From: Candidatus Freyarchaeum deiterrae | Lineage (GTDB): Archaea; Asgardarchaeota; Jordiarchaeia; Jordiarchaeales; Jordiarchaeaceae | Assembly (NCBI GenBank): GCA_037305845.1 | Contig: CP147778.1 | Span: 1,152,001 to 1,216,000 of the forward strand | DNA: 64,000 bases | Direction: 5' to 3' | Shown: one piece after another, positions 8,606 to 20,096 of the stretch | Layout of the letters: each line of letters opens with the position of its first letter | Position numbering within the stretch: position 1 is the stretch's first letter | Program-made: the position numbers and the translations under genes | The notes under the pieces: model-generated | Database searches by the model: none | Told to the model about the DNA's origin: nothing | The model's input: the letters and a program-made list of their open reading frames with translations, nothing else

Positions 8606-8735
8606 CCCGCCTACACCTGCAAATTACAATATATATAGTATTATGTAATTCATATATTAAAATTAGTAGTATATAATCTTTACTATCTTAATAAAGCTTC
8701 GTATTTATTAAAAAAATAGTTGATTTCACTAGAAA

Positions 8736-9152
8736 CTAAATTTGTGTTCCCTTGATTTTCTCAAGAAGTTTATGAAGGTGATCATAACCGACAGCGCCCA
8801 AAACACTATCAACTGGCTTGCCATCTTTAAAGATAATGAATGTGGGAACAGCCGTGACACCGAAAGCTTGAGCAATTCCTTGTTCCTCGTCTATATCCAC
8901 CTTGCCGAAGATAATTTTGCCCGAGAAATCTTTTGCTAAGCGTTCAAAAATAGGAGCCGTCATGCGGCAGGGACCGCACCACTGGGCTGAGTAATCTATT
9001 ATAACTGGGACTTTGGAATTTTTTATTGTCTCCGCGAATTTTGTTGAATCCATGTGTATTACTCCCGAAGAGCTTTGCGATAGGGGTTGTCGTCCCATCA
9101 ATTCTTTGAGCTTTTTTTCACGAATTCCTTTAAGTTCAGGGTCTTCCGCCAT
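8736..9152 (-). CDS. trxA: Thioredoxin
   Basis: WCGPC active site and VPTF cis-Pro loop. Confidence 0.93.
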   Translation of the reverse strand: MAEDPELKGIREKKLKELMGRQPLSQSSSGVIHMDSTKFAETIKNSKVPVIIDYSAQWCGPCRMTAPIFERLAKDFSGKIIFGKVDIDEEQGIAQAFGVTAVPTFIIFKDGKPVDSVLGAVGYDHLHKLLEKIKGTQI

Positions 9153-9381
9153 TTTTTTCCCTCTCGTTATTTATGATCCTATTTCATGATTGTTCAATTA
9201 TCGAGAACAACCAATTTAAGATTTAAATATTTTACGCCTTTAAACACATTTATTAAATTATATGAGAAGCAAATATCATTAGCAGAATAGAGCGAGCAAC
9301 AAATAGAGGCATAAGAGCCAACGTAATAGTAGGAAGTATTCACATCTTTACAAATAATATTTAATTTTTATTTAGCTCTAA

Positions 9382-9747
9382 TTACTTGGTCTTTTTCCAT
9401 CCCTCTTCCAGGAAATGCACCATCTTCTCATACCATTGGTCTAAAGCCGCTCTAACCATTTTTTTAACTTCTGAAGACGGAGCCGCTTCGTATTCGTAGT
9501 AGTAACCTCCCCTAGCTATGCTCATTGTCCTTCTTGTTGCCAAACCTTTACTTATTAGGTTTGTCAGGGATCTTTGAATTGTACTCCTATTCCGATGCAG
9601 TTTATCAGCGATTTCCTGAACCTGCACAGGACCATCTAAAAGAGTGAAATAAGTTTTTACCTCCAATTCTCTGATTCCTAGGGCACACTTGATTATATCT
9701 GTAGCTTCCAGTTTGCCTGCGGCTATCTGCGCCCTCATCTCTTCCAT
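9382..9747 (-). CDS. TrmB-like HTH transcriptional regulator (short form)
   Basis: DIIKCALG..EVKTYFTLL..RNRSTIQRSLTNL..GL..R..GGYYYEY. Start reassigned to ATG 9747. Confidence 0.8.
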   Translation of the reverse strand: MEEMRAQIAAGKLEATDIIKCALGIRELEVKTYFTLLDGPVQVQEIADKLHRNRSTIQRSLTNLISKGLATRRTMSIARGGYYYEYEAAPSSEVKKMVRAALDQWYEKMVHFLEEGWKKTK

Positions 9748-9965
9748 CAATATTATCACCATTAAAATGATGATTTGGATATCTAATAAATGTTGTGCAA
9801 AATATGGAACATCTATGAACATACGCACACTACTTGTACAACCCTAACTCATAATTAGTAGAAAAACGAAGTAACTCTTCAACTTGAAATAGTGTATACA
9901 AAAATTTTTTCTTCTCTAAAGAAAGAGGAATAATATTTTTGACGAGAATGTTTGTGTATTTTTGT

Positions 9966-11168
9966 TTAATCGGTTTTAACATATTTTTTAAGTTCTTTTT
10001 CAGGCAGTCCAAGAGCAAAAAGTATGCTTAGAAGATTCTTCTGATCGATTACTCCATCGGCTACCTGTTTAAGAACTTTTTTAGCGTTAAATGCGATACT
10101 GAGCCCCGCGTTACCCAACATAAACCTGTCGTTCGCGCCGTCTCCAACTGCAACAATCTCATCTTTGGATATTCCTTCGATTTCGGAAATCCAGTGTATT
10201 ATGTCTGCCTTCTTTTCACCGTCGATTATTGGTTCTTCTACTTCTCCGGTGAGGAATCCGTTCTTGATGATTAGTTTGTTGCCAAAGGCGTAATCGAGAC
10301 CTAGCTTTTCTTTTAATCGGTCAGTGAAATAGGTGAAACCGCCGCTTATGAGAGCTATCTTGTAGCCCATTGATTTCAGGGATCTTACGAGTTCCTCCGC
10401 CCCCGGAGTCAAATGCATGTTTTCCGCTATTTCCTCTAGGTGCTTCACCCTTAAGCCTGTTAAGAGTTTAACGCGTTCGCGGACAGCTTCAATGAAGTCG
10501 ATTTTTCCGGCCATAGCCTCTCTGGTTATTTCTCTGACCTGTTCTCCCACTCCGGCAGCCTTAGCGATTTCGTCGATTGTTTCTTCGTCTACTAGAGTGG
10601 AATCCATATCAAATACTACAAGTTTTTTTGATTTTTGGTAAACATTTTCTCTCTGCAGAATAACACTAGTTCCCAGGGTTTCACATAGGCTTTGGAGTTC
10701 TACTCTGACTTTCTCTAAAGGGGATTTTAAATCGCTGAGATCCACCAGCATTTCCATAGCGATCATTTCGCCTCTAGCAATCATCCGGATTTTCTCGATG
10801 TTAATATTGTAGTTCCCTAACAATGTTGAGGTTTTTGCAACAATGCCGGGTCGGTCTATTCCCAGAAGCGTTATAAGAGCCAATTCTTTTTCTGATTTTC
10901 TTCTTCCCTCTAAGTATGGTTCTAAAGTAACCTGTAAGTCTACTTCTGCTCCCTTTTTTGCCAACCTATTCTTAAGTTCATCAGCAGAAGCGGTCGCCAA
11001 GCTAATATCCACAATCATGAACATGGCGAATAAGCCTCTAAGCACAGTTTCCTCAACATCAACAATATTAGCATTAACGTCCGCTATTACATTAGTTAAC
11101 TTGGAAACTAGACCCGGTTTATCTTGGCCTATTGCGGTTACGATAACAAGTTTTGAGGCTTTTTCCAA
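9966..11168 (-). CDS. serB: Phosphoserine phosphatase with two ACT domains
   Basis: GQDKPGL and GIDRPGI ACT domains; FDMDSTL, ISGGF and VGDGAND. Confidence 0.93.
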   Translation of the reverse strand: MEKASKLVIVTAIGQDKPGLVSKLTNVIADVNANIVDVEETVLRGLFAMFMIVDISLATASADELKNRLAKKGAEVDLQVTLEPYLEGRRKSEKELALITLLGIDRPGIVAKTSTLLGNYNINIEKIRMIARGEMIAMEMLVDLSDLKSPLEKVRVELQSLCETLGTSVILQRENVYQKSKKLVVFDMDSTLVDEETIDEIAKAAGVGEQVREITREAMAGKIDFIEAVRERVKLLTGLRVKHLEEIAENMHLTPGAEELVRSLKSMGYKIALISGGFTYFTDRLKEKLGLDYAFGNKLIIKNGFLTGEVEEPIIDGEKKADIIHWISEIEGISKDEIVAVGDGANDRFMLGNAGLSIAFNAKKVLKQVADGVIDQKNLLSILFALGLPEKELKKYVKTD

Positions 11169-11617
11169 TTTTTATCCTCCAAAAGCGGTATCAATAAATG
11201 CAGGGAACCAGCAAGAAGATGTTAAGACAAAATCTAGTTTTTAGATTAGTTATTATCAAATGCAACAGAAAAAATGTATAAAAAGATTTCTAAGAAATCC
11301 TTTGACAAGTCAAACCGCTGGTATTTTATATATATCTTTGAAGGCGCTTCATTACCTTCAAATAATCTGATTTTTGGGATTTTTCAACTATCAGCACTCT
11401 AACTCTTTGCGTCAATGAAGATGGTCATAATATTCTCGATTTTAGGATAAGTTCTTTTGAGGATTGTTGCTGCGATTTAGGGCAATTCGTAGTTGAAATT
11501 ATTTTTTGACAATTGATTGTTTTTGTTCGTAGAAGTTATCTTTTTGTTTATTTTTTTTAATTTTTTGTATTAAAAATTTATTTTTGATGTTGTTCTTATG
11601 GTAACATATATATAGGT

Positions 11618-12454
11618 ATGGCTGTATTGGAAAACAAATTCTTAGAGTGTTATTCTAGAGGTGGTAACACAGTGGTGAGCAATACTACAATAGAGGCGTT
11701 AAAGAATTTTGGCCTTTGTGAGTATGAGTCTAAAGCGTACATTGCTTTGGTTTCTTTAGGTGTTGCCACTGTGAAACAGGTTTGTGAAATAGCCAATATA
11801 CCTCAACCTCGAGCTTATGATATTCTTGCCGCCCTTGAGGAGAAAGGATTGGTTGAAGTGCAGCAAGGTAGACCCAAACTCTACAAAGCTGTAGAACCCC
11901 GCATAGCTTTTCGGCGACTTGAAAAAGCACTTAGTAGAGACAAGGAGTATGCTATAGAAGAACTCAGCGATTTTTACGGATTACAGAAGTCAAAACAGGA
12001 ATTATGGACGATGCATGGAAAACCGAACATCATTAACAAAATAGAAGAGATGCTTATAGGAGCGAAGCAATACGTTATGCTGTCATTCCCGAAAGAATTA
12101 CTCCTAGAAATAGAAAAAACGCTTACGGCTGTGTCCGAAAAGGGCATAGAACTCAAGATATGGACCGGCGCCGAAGAAAATAATTCAAATTTTGCTCTCC
12201 GCTTTAAAAGTAATATTGAGATGGTTTCTGAGAACCAAGTATACGCAAATCTCCTAGTTGTTGATGAAAATGAAGCCCTAATTTCGTCTGGACATGTTGA
12301 AAATTATAAAGGCCCTTGGATAGGAATATGGACGAACGAACCTAGCTTTGTCAAGCTTATTAGCACATTCTTCAATAAACTCTGGAAAGAAAAAAAACTT
12401 GAGGAAGAGAAAGAATTTCTAGTTAGAGATTTAATGGGGCTCCAATCTCCCTAA
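11618..12454 (+). CDS. TrmB-family transcriptional regulator
   Basis: FGLCEYESKAYIALV..IPQPRAYDILAALEEKGLV..GRPKLYKAVEP plus C-terminal effector domain. True start may be a GTG near 11672. Confidence 0.88.
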   Translation: MAVLENKFLECYSRGGNTVVSNTTIEALKNFGLCEYESKAYIALVSLGVATVKQVCEIANIPQPRAYDILAALEEKGLVEVQQGRPKLYKAVEPRIAFRRLEKALSRDKEYAIEELSDFYGLQKSKQELWTMHGKPNIINKIEEMLIGAKQYVMLSFPKELLLEIEKTLTAVSEKGIELKIWTGAEENNSNFALRFKSNIEMVSENQVYANLLVVDENEALISSGHVENYKGPWIGIWTNEPSFVKLISTFFNKLWKEKKLEEEKEFLVRDLMGLQSP

Positions 12455-12606
12455 ACAAACACAAACTAAAATAAAATCTTCAATAAATAATTTATCCATC
12501 TGAAACCTAAAACGCTCTATCCATAAAATCGGAAAAATATCATCTGCATAAACAGAGCCATTTTTTTGCAGCTACAGGATTCCTATTGGTTTATGGTAGA
12601 AGTGGT

Positions 12607-13884
12607 TTACTCGATTTTATCAACTTTTTTTCTGGCAGTTTCTCCTCTACCAAGTGCTTCATGCGCACGTGCAAGGTGGCCTGCAGACAATGCGGCGATA
12701 AGGGATATCTCTCCGGCGAGAGTGGCTGAGCAAGCTATCTCAGCGAACTTTTTGGAGAGAGTGCCTGGAGGTTTCCCCTTTATGAAGCCGCCGCCACAGT
12801 CCATTATGTAAAGAGCCTCCTGCATCTGGCTGAGCCACATTCCTCCGCCTATGGTTCCACAAATCATTGATGGAAGCGTCAGAGACATGTACAAATCGCC
12901 GTCGTTAATTACCTCAGCTGTAACTATTCCCATACTTGACTCGCCAATATGGGCGGCGTCTTGCCCCGTGGCAATCCAAAGGGCGGCGATGATATTTGCT
13001 GCATGGGAGTTAAAGCCGTATGATGCCGCCTGAGCGGAGCCTACATATATTTTGCGATAAACTACATCAACCATCCTTTCAGCGGTAGTTTTTAGGGTTT
13101 CATTTATATAATCTTTTTTTAGAACTGCCTCGGACTGAACAGTCTTACCTCTTCCAAGAATAAAGTTGAGAGCTGTCGGCTTTTTGTCAACGCACATATT
13201 GCCGCTTAGTGCGATGGTTTCCGCCCAGGGAAGATTCTCCTGAATAAAGTTGCACACAGCCTCAGACGCGCTGGTAACCATGTTCATTCCCATAGCGTCA
13301 GCTGTGTCTGCGAGAAGTCTAAGGAATACGTTTCTTCCGACTATCCAATATTGGAAATCTAAGAGGTTCAAAAATGGGTCTTTACCCTTAAATACTTCAC
13401 GCACTTTTTCGAAGTTATCTTTTACCCAGTTTACGAGTTTAACTGCATGCTCGGTATCTGGGACTTCTATGCATGGTGCTCTAGTAATAGCGCTCTTGAA
13501 CACCTGGGCTCTCGCTCCACCACTCGCTGTTATTATGCTGCATCCTCTGTTAACGCTCGCTACCAGAGCTCCCTCCGTAGTGGCTAGCGGTATAAGGTAG
13601 TCTCCGTCTGCTACCTCTCCTTTTACCTTTATTGGACCTGCGATTCCTAGGGGTATCTGTTGGACTCCTATGGGGGCCTCGATGTTTCTTGACGCTGTTT
13701 GCTTCATGTCTATTGAGTAGGATCCGATGTGTTTGAGTTCTTTTCCGATTATTTTTTCCAAGGCTTTTCTTCTTATGGTTGCTGCGGTTTCTGTATCCGC
13801 GTATTTTTCAACTTGGTAGAATTTGATTTCACCTTTGATTAGCTTTTCAATCAAATCTTTTTCGGTTTGTTTTTGTTGGACCAT
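12607..13884 (-). CDS. hmgA: HMG-CoA reductase (class I, NADPH)
   Basis: PLATTEGALVASVNRG, DAMGMNMV, LSGNMCVDKKP, TGQDAAH, LAGEISL. Confidence 0.95.
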   Translation of the reverse strand: MVQQKQTEKDLIEKLIKGEIKFYQVEKYADTETAATIRRKALEKIIGKELKHIGSYSIDMKQTASRNIEAPIGVQQIPLGIAGPIKVKGEVADGDYLIPLATTEGALVASVNRGCSIITASGGARAQVFKSAITRAPCIEVPDTEHAVKLVNWVKDNFEKVREVFKGKDPFLNLLDFQYWIVGRNVFLRLLADTADAMGMNMVTSASEAVCNFIQENLPWAETIALSGNMCVDKKPTALNFILGRGKTVQSEAVLKKDYINETLKTTAERMVDVVYRKIYVGSAQAASYGFNSHAANIIAALWIATGQDAAHIGESSMGIVTAEVINDGDLYMSLTLPSMICGTIGGGMWLSQMQEALYIMDCGGGFIKGKPPGTLSKKFAEIACSATLAGEISLIAALSAGHLARAHEALGRGETARKKVDKIE

Positions 13885-13902
13885 TTCTTTCGCACTTCAC
13901 TC

Positions 13903-14322
13903 TTAACTTTTTTCAATTTCAACTATTCCCTTTTCGCTATCTACAACTACTTTATCACCGTTTTTTATTACACTAAGAGGATCCTGCTCTAGTCTGTGGA
14001 CCAATGGGATTTCTCCAATAACCGCTCCTACCAGTGTTACGGTGTCTGACTCCCTTTGAATGATGGCTTTGGGCGCTAATCCCTTATTGGCTAAGTTGAT
14101 TAGCACGTAGGAGCCTACTGTTGATCCGATTCCTGTGCTAAATACTAGGATTTTTCCTTTGATGTTTTTTCCTTCTAGTTCATGTCCTTTTTGTATAACA
14201 TTTCCTGTGTTTGGGTCTATGAATCCAAGGAAGGATATGGGCATCTGAGTTACTAGCGCTTCTCCTTCTACTCTCGGCTGTTTTAATCCTCTTAGACCTT
14301 CTCCCTTCAATGTAAGTTTCAT
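13903..14322 (-). CDS. Phosphomevalonate dehydratase small subunit (AcnX swivel, DUF126)
   Basis: VEGEALVT..ISFLGFIDP.TG..GHELEGKNIKGKILVF..GSTVGSYV; mevalonate operon context. Confidence 0.88.
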   Translation of the reverse strand: MKLTLKGEGLRGLKQPRVEGEALVTQMPISFLGFIDPNTGNVIQKGHELEGKNIKGKILVFSTGIGSTVGSYVLINLANKGLAPKAIIQRESDTVTLVGAVIGEIPLVHRLEQDPLSVIKNGDKVVVDSEKGIVEIEKS

Positions 14323-15509
14323 TAGACTTTTTCCCCCATAGCTATTTTCAAACAGTTTTCTAGGGGTTCCACTGCGGATTCGGTTTTGCTCATTGTTGGA
14401 AGATAGTGAGCTGCCTTAAGGGAATCCGTTAGAGCTAAATCGAATTTAGGCATGGGGCTGACAACGGGACAGGTGTCACAAAAAATTTTGGCTCCCATCC
14501 GCTCTATTCTTTGGGCATATCCCATTGATTCTGCTATTAGTCTGATGGGTCGTGAAGTAAAAATCCAAAGCTTTGTTCGACTTGAGATGGGAGATACGAG
14601 TAGTTCAGAAATCCTCTTAAGGACGCTTATTGATGTGTGGGGGCATCCTATCATAACAATGTCCGGTTGGGATGTTGGAGCAAAATCTTCTCTAAGTTTG
14701 TTTAGATTTTTCTGATCTATTATTATTTTTTCCAAGGTTTTTTCTTCGAATTTACCCTGTGTGTATTCATTAATATAGAACAGAGCTATAGAACCAGAGG
14801 CTGCCATGGCAGCCGACATTTGCTTGGCTTGCTGGATATCTATATTTGGAACTTTTTGTAAGAGTGGAATTTTTGAGCTAAAATTCTTTCCGATGTTGTA
14901 TCCTATCAAGCCATAATCAGTAGGGTTGGTGAGTTTTGTTTCTATTTTTACCGCTACTTCGGGAATTCGGTTTTCGGGTAGATGTAATCCATATTCAGGG
15001 GTTTTTCCGAGTATTGCTGAGGCGAGAGCCGACAGCCCGCTTTCTCTGTTTGTATGCGCTTCGAAAAATGAGTTCATGAAGGTTACCGCTGAAGACTCTG
15101 AGAAGGATATATGGTCACCTTTTTTCGCAACATTACCTAGCTCATAAGGGATACAACTGCATAAATCAACTATTCCCATGGATTGATACATTTTTATTAT
15201 TTTATTCTGTTTTGCAGCAAAGTCTTCCTTTATACCCATTTCTTTCCATTTTAATAGATCCATTCCGCTTGGGTTAAGGGTGGACACTACTTCTGTTTGG
15301 GGTTTGTTTTTTACAAAATTTTCCAAAACCTCTATTAGTGCGTCCCCTCCCGTTTTGTATGAGACCCCGGAAACATGTGTGGATTCTACTTTGATTAATT
15401 TCTCTGCGTGGAAGAAGTCTCCGAGTGCGCAAAGTATTTTCATAGAGAGTCTTTTGGTCTCTCCAAATTCGCCTTGAAGTATTTTTTCTTCTTCTCTACT
15501 GAGATACAT
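14322..15509 (-). CDS. Phosphomevalonate dehydratase large subunit (aconitase X, DUF521)
   Basis: MYLSREEEKILQGE start (ATG 15509), HVSGVSYKT, CSCIPY, ESSAV, IGCPH, DTCPVVSP. Confidence 0.9.
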   Translation of the reverse strand: MYLSREEEKILQGEFGETKRLSMKILCALGDFFHAEKLIKVESTHVSGVSYKTGGDALIEVLENFVKNKPQTEVVSTLNPSGMDLLKWKEMGIKEDFAAKQNKIIKMYQSMGIVDLCSCIPYELGNVAKKGDHISFSESSAVTFMNSFFEAHTNRESGLSALASAILGKTPEYGLHLPENRIPEVAVKIETKLTNPTDYGLIGYNIGKNFSSKIPLLQKVPNIDIQQAKQMSAAMAASGSIALFYINEYTQGKFEEKTLEKIIIDQKNLNKLREDFAPTSQPDIVMIGCPHTSISVLKRISELLVSPISSRTKLWIFTSRPIRLIAESMGYAQRIERMGAKIFCDTCPVVSPMPKFDLALTDSLKAAHYLPTMSKTESAVEPLENCLKIAMGEKV

Positions 15510-16794
15510 AATCCTCAACTCTGATTGTGTCTTTACCAAGAATTTTCGCTGGGATAAAATGGGATCTGTCTTTATCGGAAGGTATTGTGGCGTCAATCCC
15601 CATTTTGGTTGTTTCTCGTGTTACTTGGTTTGCGGAAGGATCAAGCGAGGAACCTTTATCCTTTTTTAATATAAGATTTTTTGATGCTTGGAATCTGGTG
15701 GCGATGGCATATTCTACAGAGTTCAAATCATAAATGTCTATGTCATCATCCACTATGACCACGTGTTTCATGGATTTGTGCGCTCTAAAAGCGGCTTCGA
15801 TTGCGTTTTTTCCATCTTCTGGATTCTTCTTGTGGATTTGAACTATCCCATGTAGCCATGAGCAACCGCCAGGGGTTATTAAGACATTTTTACACTCGCA
15901 AACCTTATTTACCTCGTTAAAAATTGCGGGTTCCCTTGGCATACCCATAAGAAGTTTATGGTCGAGCCCTCCCGGCAGTAGAGCTTGGTATATGGGATTC
16001 TTAGCGTGTGTAAAATGCTTGATTTCAACTACCGGTTGCTTCCTAACGATATCGTAAGTACTGGTTAAGTCCAGAAAAGGCCCTTCGTCCACGCGTTCAC
16101 TAGTTATTTTCCCTTCAAGCACTATTTCACAGTCCGCTGGTACCTCTAGGTCTACTTTTTTACACTTAACCAGTTTTAGTTCTCGCAGGCTATTCGCAAC
16201 CTCTAATTCGTCTACAGTTATGTCTAAGGACGTAGCGGCTGCTAACAATAAAGAGGGATGGTTCCCAATGCAAATTGCAACTTCCATTTCGCCGCCGGTC
16301 TTTTTCAAATAAACATCGGTGTGTCTTTCTTCGACAAGCCTTGTAGCGAACCGTTTATCATCCAATTTCATGAGTCTGTGAAAAGAAACATTCCTCCCAA
16401 ACTCAGGATCACGAATTATGAACACCCCGGCTGTGATATAGGGCCCTCCGTCACCTGCAGTATGAGTAAGTATGGGTAAATTGTTCAAATCTACCTTTTC
16501 CGTTACTTCTTGGCACCTACCATTCTTAATTATTGCCGGCTCACTTCTTTTTTCAAACGCTTCAGCCAATCTGAATAATAGATCCTCCTTTCTCACATTT
16601 AACGCCAGGGCTAAAAGATCTCTACTTGAGCAGATATTGCCAACTACCCTGTACGGCGTCCCCTCTACCTGGTTGAAAAGAACGGGTTTCCCGTCTAATT
16701 TCTCCAGAAGAGCGGGAATTTCATGAGCAGATACCCTTTTATTAATTTCAATGATCATATTGCGAGACTTGAGATTAGTTAAGAATTCCCTCAA
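15496..16794 (-). CDS. UbiD-family decarboxylase, probable anhydromevalonate phosphate decarboxylase
   Basis: DGGPYIT, NVSFHR, EIVLEG, EGPF, VDDDIDI, SSLDPS and GIDAT; located in the mevalonate operon next to the AcnX subunits. Confidence 0.88.
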   Translation of the reverse strand: MREFLTNLKSRNMIIEINKRVSAHEIPALLEKLDGKPVLFNQVEGTPYRVVGNICSSRDLLALALNVRKEDLLFRLAEAFEKRSEPAIIKNGRCQEVTEKVDLNNLPILTHTAGDGGPYITAGVFIIRDPEFGRNVSFHRLMKLDDKRFATRLVEERHTDVYLKKTGGEMEVAICIGNHPSLLLAAATSLDITVDELEVANSLRELKLVKCKKVDLEVPADCEIVLEGKITSERVDEGPFLDLTSTYDIVRKQPVVEIKHFTHAKNPIYQALLPGGLDHKLLMGMPREPAIFNEVNKVCECKNVLITPGGCSWLHGIVQIHKKNPEDGKNAIEAAFRAHKSMKHVVIVDDDIDIYDLNSVEYAIATRFQASKNLILKKDKGSSLDPSANQVTRETTKMGIDATIPSDKDRSHFIPAKILGKDTIRVEDYVSQ

Positions 16795-16932
16795 AAATAA
16801 CAGTCTCCTTACATGTTATTATCGATAACAAAAAGAATATACAGTTTTAATCTTTTTGATACGCTTAGTTCAGATATAAGAAATCAAAAAGAAAGGCGTT
16901 TCAAATTATAACCTTTTAGTTATATTGAAGGT

Positions 16933-17352
16933 TCAACTCGGCTTCTTGAGAGTATTTTTCTTAAACAATGGACGGAACTTGTACGCGTAATAAATTATTC
17001 CGTCTTTACCATCTTCACTTACCTTTCTAATTACGGCTTCCACATCCATTCCGAGAGTTATATCTTCCGGTTTGCAATCCGTGAGCTGAGTAGTTAGGTG
17101 TGTTCCATCATCTAGTTCTAGTAGAGCAATCATGTAGGGTTTGAATATTTCGAAATTTGATGGAACTGTATGCATAATAGTGTAGGTAATAATTTTTCCC
17201 GTCTTGGGCAAAGCCATTTTTATCATATGATTCGAATTACAGTCAGGACAGACATCTCTAGGGGGAAAACAAACCTTTCCACACTGAGCGCACTTTTTAC
17301 CCTCCAATCGGTAACGTTGAGGGAGTTCTCTCCAAAACTTGGAAACATGCAT
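16933..17352 (-). CDS. DUF35 zinc-ribbon/OB-fold scaffold of the thiolase-HMG-CoA synthase complex
   Basis: CAQCG..FPPRDVCPDC and YAYKFRP; downstream of thiolase. Confidence 0.9.
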   Translation of the reverse strand: MHVSKFWRELPQRYRLEGKKCAQCGKVCFPPRDVCPDCNSNHMIKMALPKTGKIITYTIMHTVPSNFEIFKPYMIALLELDDGTHLTTQLTDCKPEDITLGMDVEAVIRKVSEDGKDGIIYYAYKFRPLFKKNTLKKPS

Positions 17353-17366
17353 TAAACGTCCCCCGC

Positions 17367-18518
17367 TTAACCCCTAAGAATATTTACATAGGACGAGGTG
17401 CCGAATCCGCTTATGTTATTTGTGAGTCCTATTTCTGCATTCGGAACCTGTCTGGCTCCAGCTTGCCCGCGAAGTTGGAGTACAATCTCGGCCATCTGAT
17501 AAGCTCCTGTTGCTCCAATGGGGTGTCCTCTAGCTTTTAATCCTCCAGAAGGATTCACGGGCAAAGGACCATCTAAACTTATTAGCCCTTCGTCGATTGC
17601 TTGGCCTGCAGTGCCTTTCTCCACGAAGCCCAAGTCTTCAATAGTTAAAAATGCAGTTATTGAGAATGGATCATGTATCTCCATTAGATTCACCTTTCCG
17701 GGTGTTATTCCCGCCATCTTGTAAGCTTCTCTCGCCGCGTCTCTAGTAGCTTTAAGAGAAAGAAAGTCTTCTCTCGTATGGAAGATAAAAGTATCCGTGC
17801 CACGTCCTGCGCCTATGATCTCTACGGGAGAGGAGTTGAATTTTTTCGCGTAGTCTTCTGGGCATAGAATCAAGGCTGCAGCACCATCACCAAGCGGCGC
17901 GCAATCCATAAGGTGTATTGGTTCCGCCACCGGGTTTGAATTCATTGCTTTATCCATCGATATTTTGAATGGAAACTGCGCGTTGGGATTTTTTGAGGCG
18001 TTGTCATGCATTTGAACAGAGAATTTTGCGAAGGGCGCTCTACCAACGTCAAATGTGTTCATGTAAAGCCTCATCACCATCGCATTAATTCCCACTAGGG
18101 AGAGACCTAGAAAGGCTTCGTACTCCTGATCTGTTACCGTTGAAGTAATCGAGGTGGCATCACAAGTGGATGTATCCATCATTTTTTCTACACCTCCCAC
18201 CAGCACAATGTCGTGGGTTCCTGAAGCAACAGCTTTATATCCATGGTAAATAGCCGCAGCCCCAGATGCGCATCCCTCCTCGATTCTGGTCGCCGGAATT
18301 CCATTTAGACCCACAAAATCGGATAATTGAGCTGCTATATTCTCCTGATTGTTAAACTGGCCGGCAGACATGTTACCCACGTAAAGTGCTTCAATTTTGG
18401 GGTTTCCAGCGTCTTCAACTGCACTTCTTACTGCTTTTGAAAAAAGTGAACGTAGTGATTCGCTGAAAAGATGACCAACTTTAGTCATTCCAATTCCAAT
18501 AATTGCTACTTTTCTCAT
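17367..18518 (-). CDS. Acetoacetyl-CoA thiolase (archaeal type)
   Basis: MRKVAIIG start (ATG 18518), EEGCASG, NPSGGLKARGHPIGATG. Confidence 0.92.
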   Translation of the reverse strand: MRKVAIIGIGMTKVGHLFSESLRSLFSKAVRSAVEDAGNPKIEALYVGNMSAGQFNNQENIAAQLSDFVGLNGIPATRIEEGCASGAAAIYHGYKAVASGTHDIVLVGGVEKMMDTSTCDATSITSTVTDQEYEAFLGLSLVGINAMVMRLYMNTFDVGRAPFAKFSVQMHDNASKNPNAQFPFKISMDKAMNSNPVAEPIHLMDCAPLGDGAAALILCPEDYAKKFNSSPVEIIGAGRGTDTFIFHTREDFLSLKATRDAAREAYKMAGITPGKVNLMEIHDPFSITAFLTIEDLGFVEKGTAGQAIDEGLISLDGPLPVNPSGGLKARGHPIGATGAYQMAEIVLQLRGQAGARQVPNAEIGLTNNISGFGTSSYVNILRG

Positions 18519-18534
18519 GACTTCACCCTCTATC

Positions 18535-19608
18535 TTAACGTTTTGATTCCAATCCAATTATCATCCTACGCCATTTAGCGTAACATGAATAATCAACATA
18601 CTCTTTTCTATTAATATAATCTTGAACTGTGGGAGCCAATTGACGCTTATCTTCAATCGCATCCTGAACGACTATATAAAAGGCATCGCTCCCAGCCCCC
18701 GAACCGTAAGAGACAACCAGTATGTTGTCCCCTGGTTTAGCATTATCCAAAATCGCTGACAAACCTAAGGGAATGCAACCGGAGTAAGTGTTACCTACCG
18801 TATTTACTATCTGTCCCGATCGAATCTGCTCCGGGGTGAACCCCAAGTCCCTCGCTGCTTTTTCGGGGAATTTCCCATTAGGTTGGTGGAATACAGCATG
18901 CTGGAAATCTTGAGGTTTCATACTTAAACCGTTCATTAGTTCTTTAGCGGCACTAATCACGTGATGGAAGTATGCTTGTCCAGTAAATACGCCACCGTGC
19001 TTGGGGTATGGTTGTTCGGCACGTCGCCAGAAATCGGCTGTGTCTGTGACGTAAGAACCTGAGGCTTTTATAGAGGCGGCAGCCTTTCCATCAGATTTAC
19101 CTAAAATTAATGCAGCGCCTCCAGCAGCAGCTGCGTACTCTAAATCATCGCCTGGAGCGCTCTGAGCTACATCTGCACCAATTGCCATACCATATTTTAT
19201 CATATCTGAGGCAACTAACCCCATACAGAACTGGATTGCCTCAGTGCCTGCTTTACAGGCAAACTCTATATCCGCTGCCAGTATATTGGGGGTTGTTCCT
19301 ATAACCTCGGCAACGGTACAGCCTGTAGGCTTGACCGCGTATGGTGGAGATTCTGACCCTGAAAGCACAGCCCTGATCTCGCTGGGCTCTATCTGTGCTC
19401 TTTTTATTGCGTTTTGAGCAGCCTCAATTGCAATAGTGGTTGTGTCTTCGTCTGGGCCTGCTACTGCTTTTTCTTCTACTCCTAACCCTTCAGTGACTCT
19501 CTCGAGGTATGTTCCCCAAACTGTTGCAATGGTTTCCACCTTGATTCTGTACTGGGGTATGTACGCGCCCCAACCGATTATACCCACTGGCTGTTTTGGT
19601 GTCATCAA
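18535..19608 (-). CDS. Hydroxymethylglutaryl-CoA synthase (archaeal)
   Basis: [42 protein letters not shown]. Confidence 0.95.
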   Translation of the reverse strand: MMTPKQPVGIIGWGAYIPQYRIKVETIATVWGTYLERVTEGLGVEEKAVAGPDEDTTTIAIEAAQNAIKRAQIEPSEIRAVLSGSESPPYAVKPTGCTVAEVIGTTPNILAADIEFACKAGTEAIQFCMGLVASDMIKYGMAIGADVAQSAPGDDLEYAAAAGGAALILGKSDGKAAASIKASGSYVTDTADFWRRAEQPYPKHGGVFTGQAYFHHVISAAKELMNGLSMKPQDFQHAVFHQPNGKFPEKAARDLGFTPEQIRSGQIVNTVGNTYSGCIPLGLSAILDNAKPGDNILVVSYGSGAGSDAFYIVVQDAIEDKRQLAPTVQDYINRKEYVDYSCYAKWRRMIIGLESKR

Positions 19609-20096
19609 TTTGTTTAACCTCGAGATGAAATTGGTTAAAGAATAAATCTGGAGTTATATCTCAAATGTTAGCTTAACCCACTAAATTGGCTATTTAAACG
19701 TTATGTATAAAGGCAATATCACATCGACAATTTTAGATGTAAGCTTTAAATAATCAATAATTGATAAGATAATGGCTATTATACTCAAATTTGGCTAACT
19801 ATTTTTAAAATAAACAGTTTTTTGCCGTTATAAGCACTTTTTATAGTTAAAACCCTAAAATTGAGACTTTTAACGCCATTACCACGGAAAATCTATCAAA
19901 CTTTATAAGGATAAAGAATGAAGAGCATTTCTATTTTGGAATCAAAACAGGAATAATATAAGAAAAGGATAGGTTATATTTCAATTTTGACGAACTTCTT
20001 AGCCTTCCTTGAAGAAAGGGTTAAATATATTAAATGCAAATCGAAACAAAATTTTAAGGCAACCACTTCAACTGTGAAGTTTAGGAAGAGATTAAT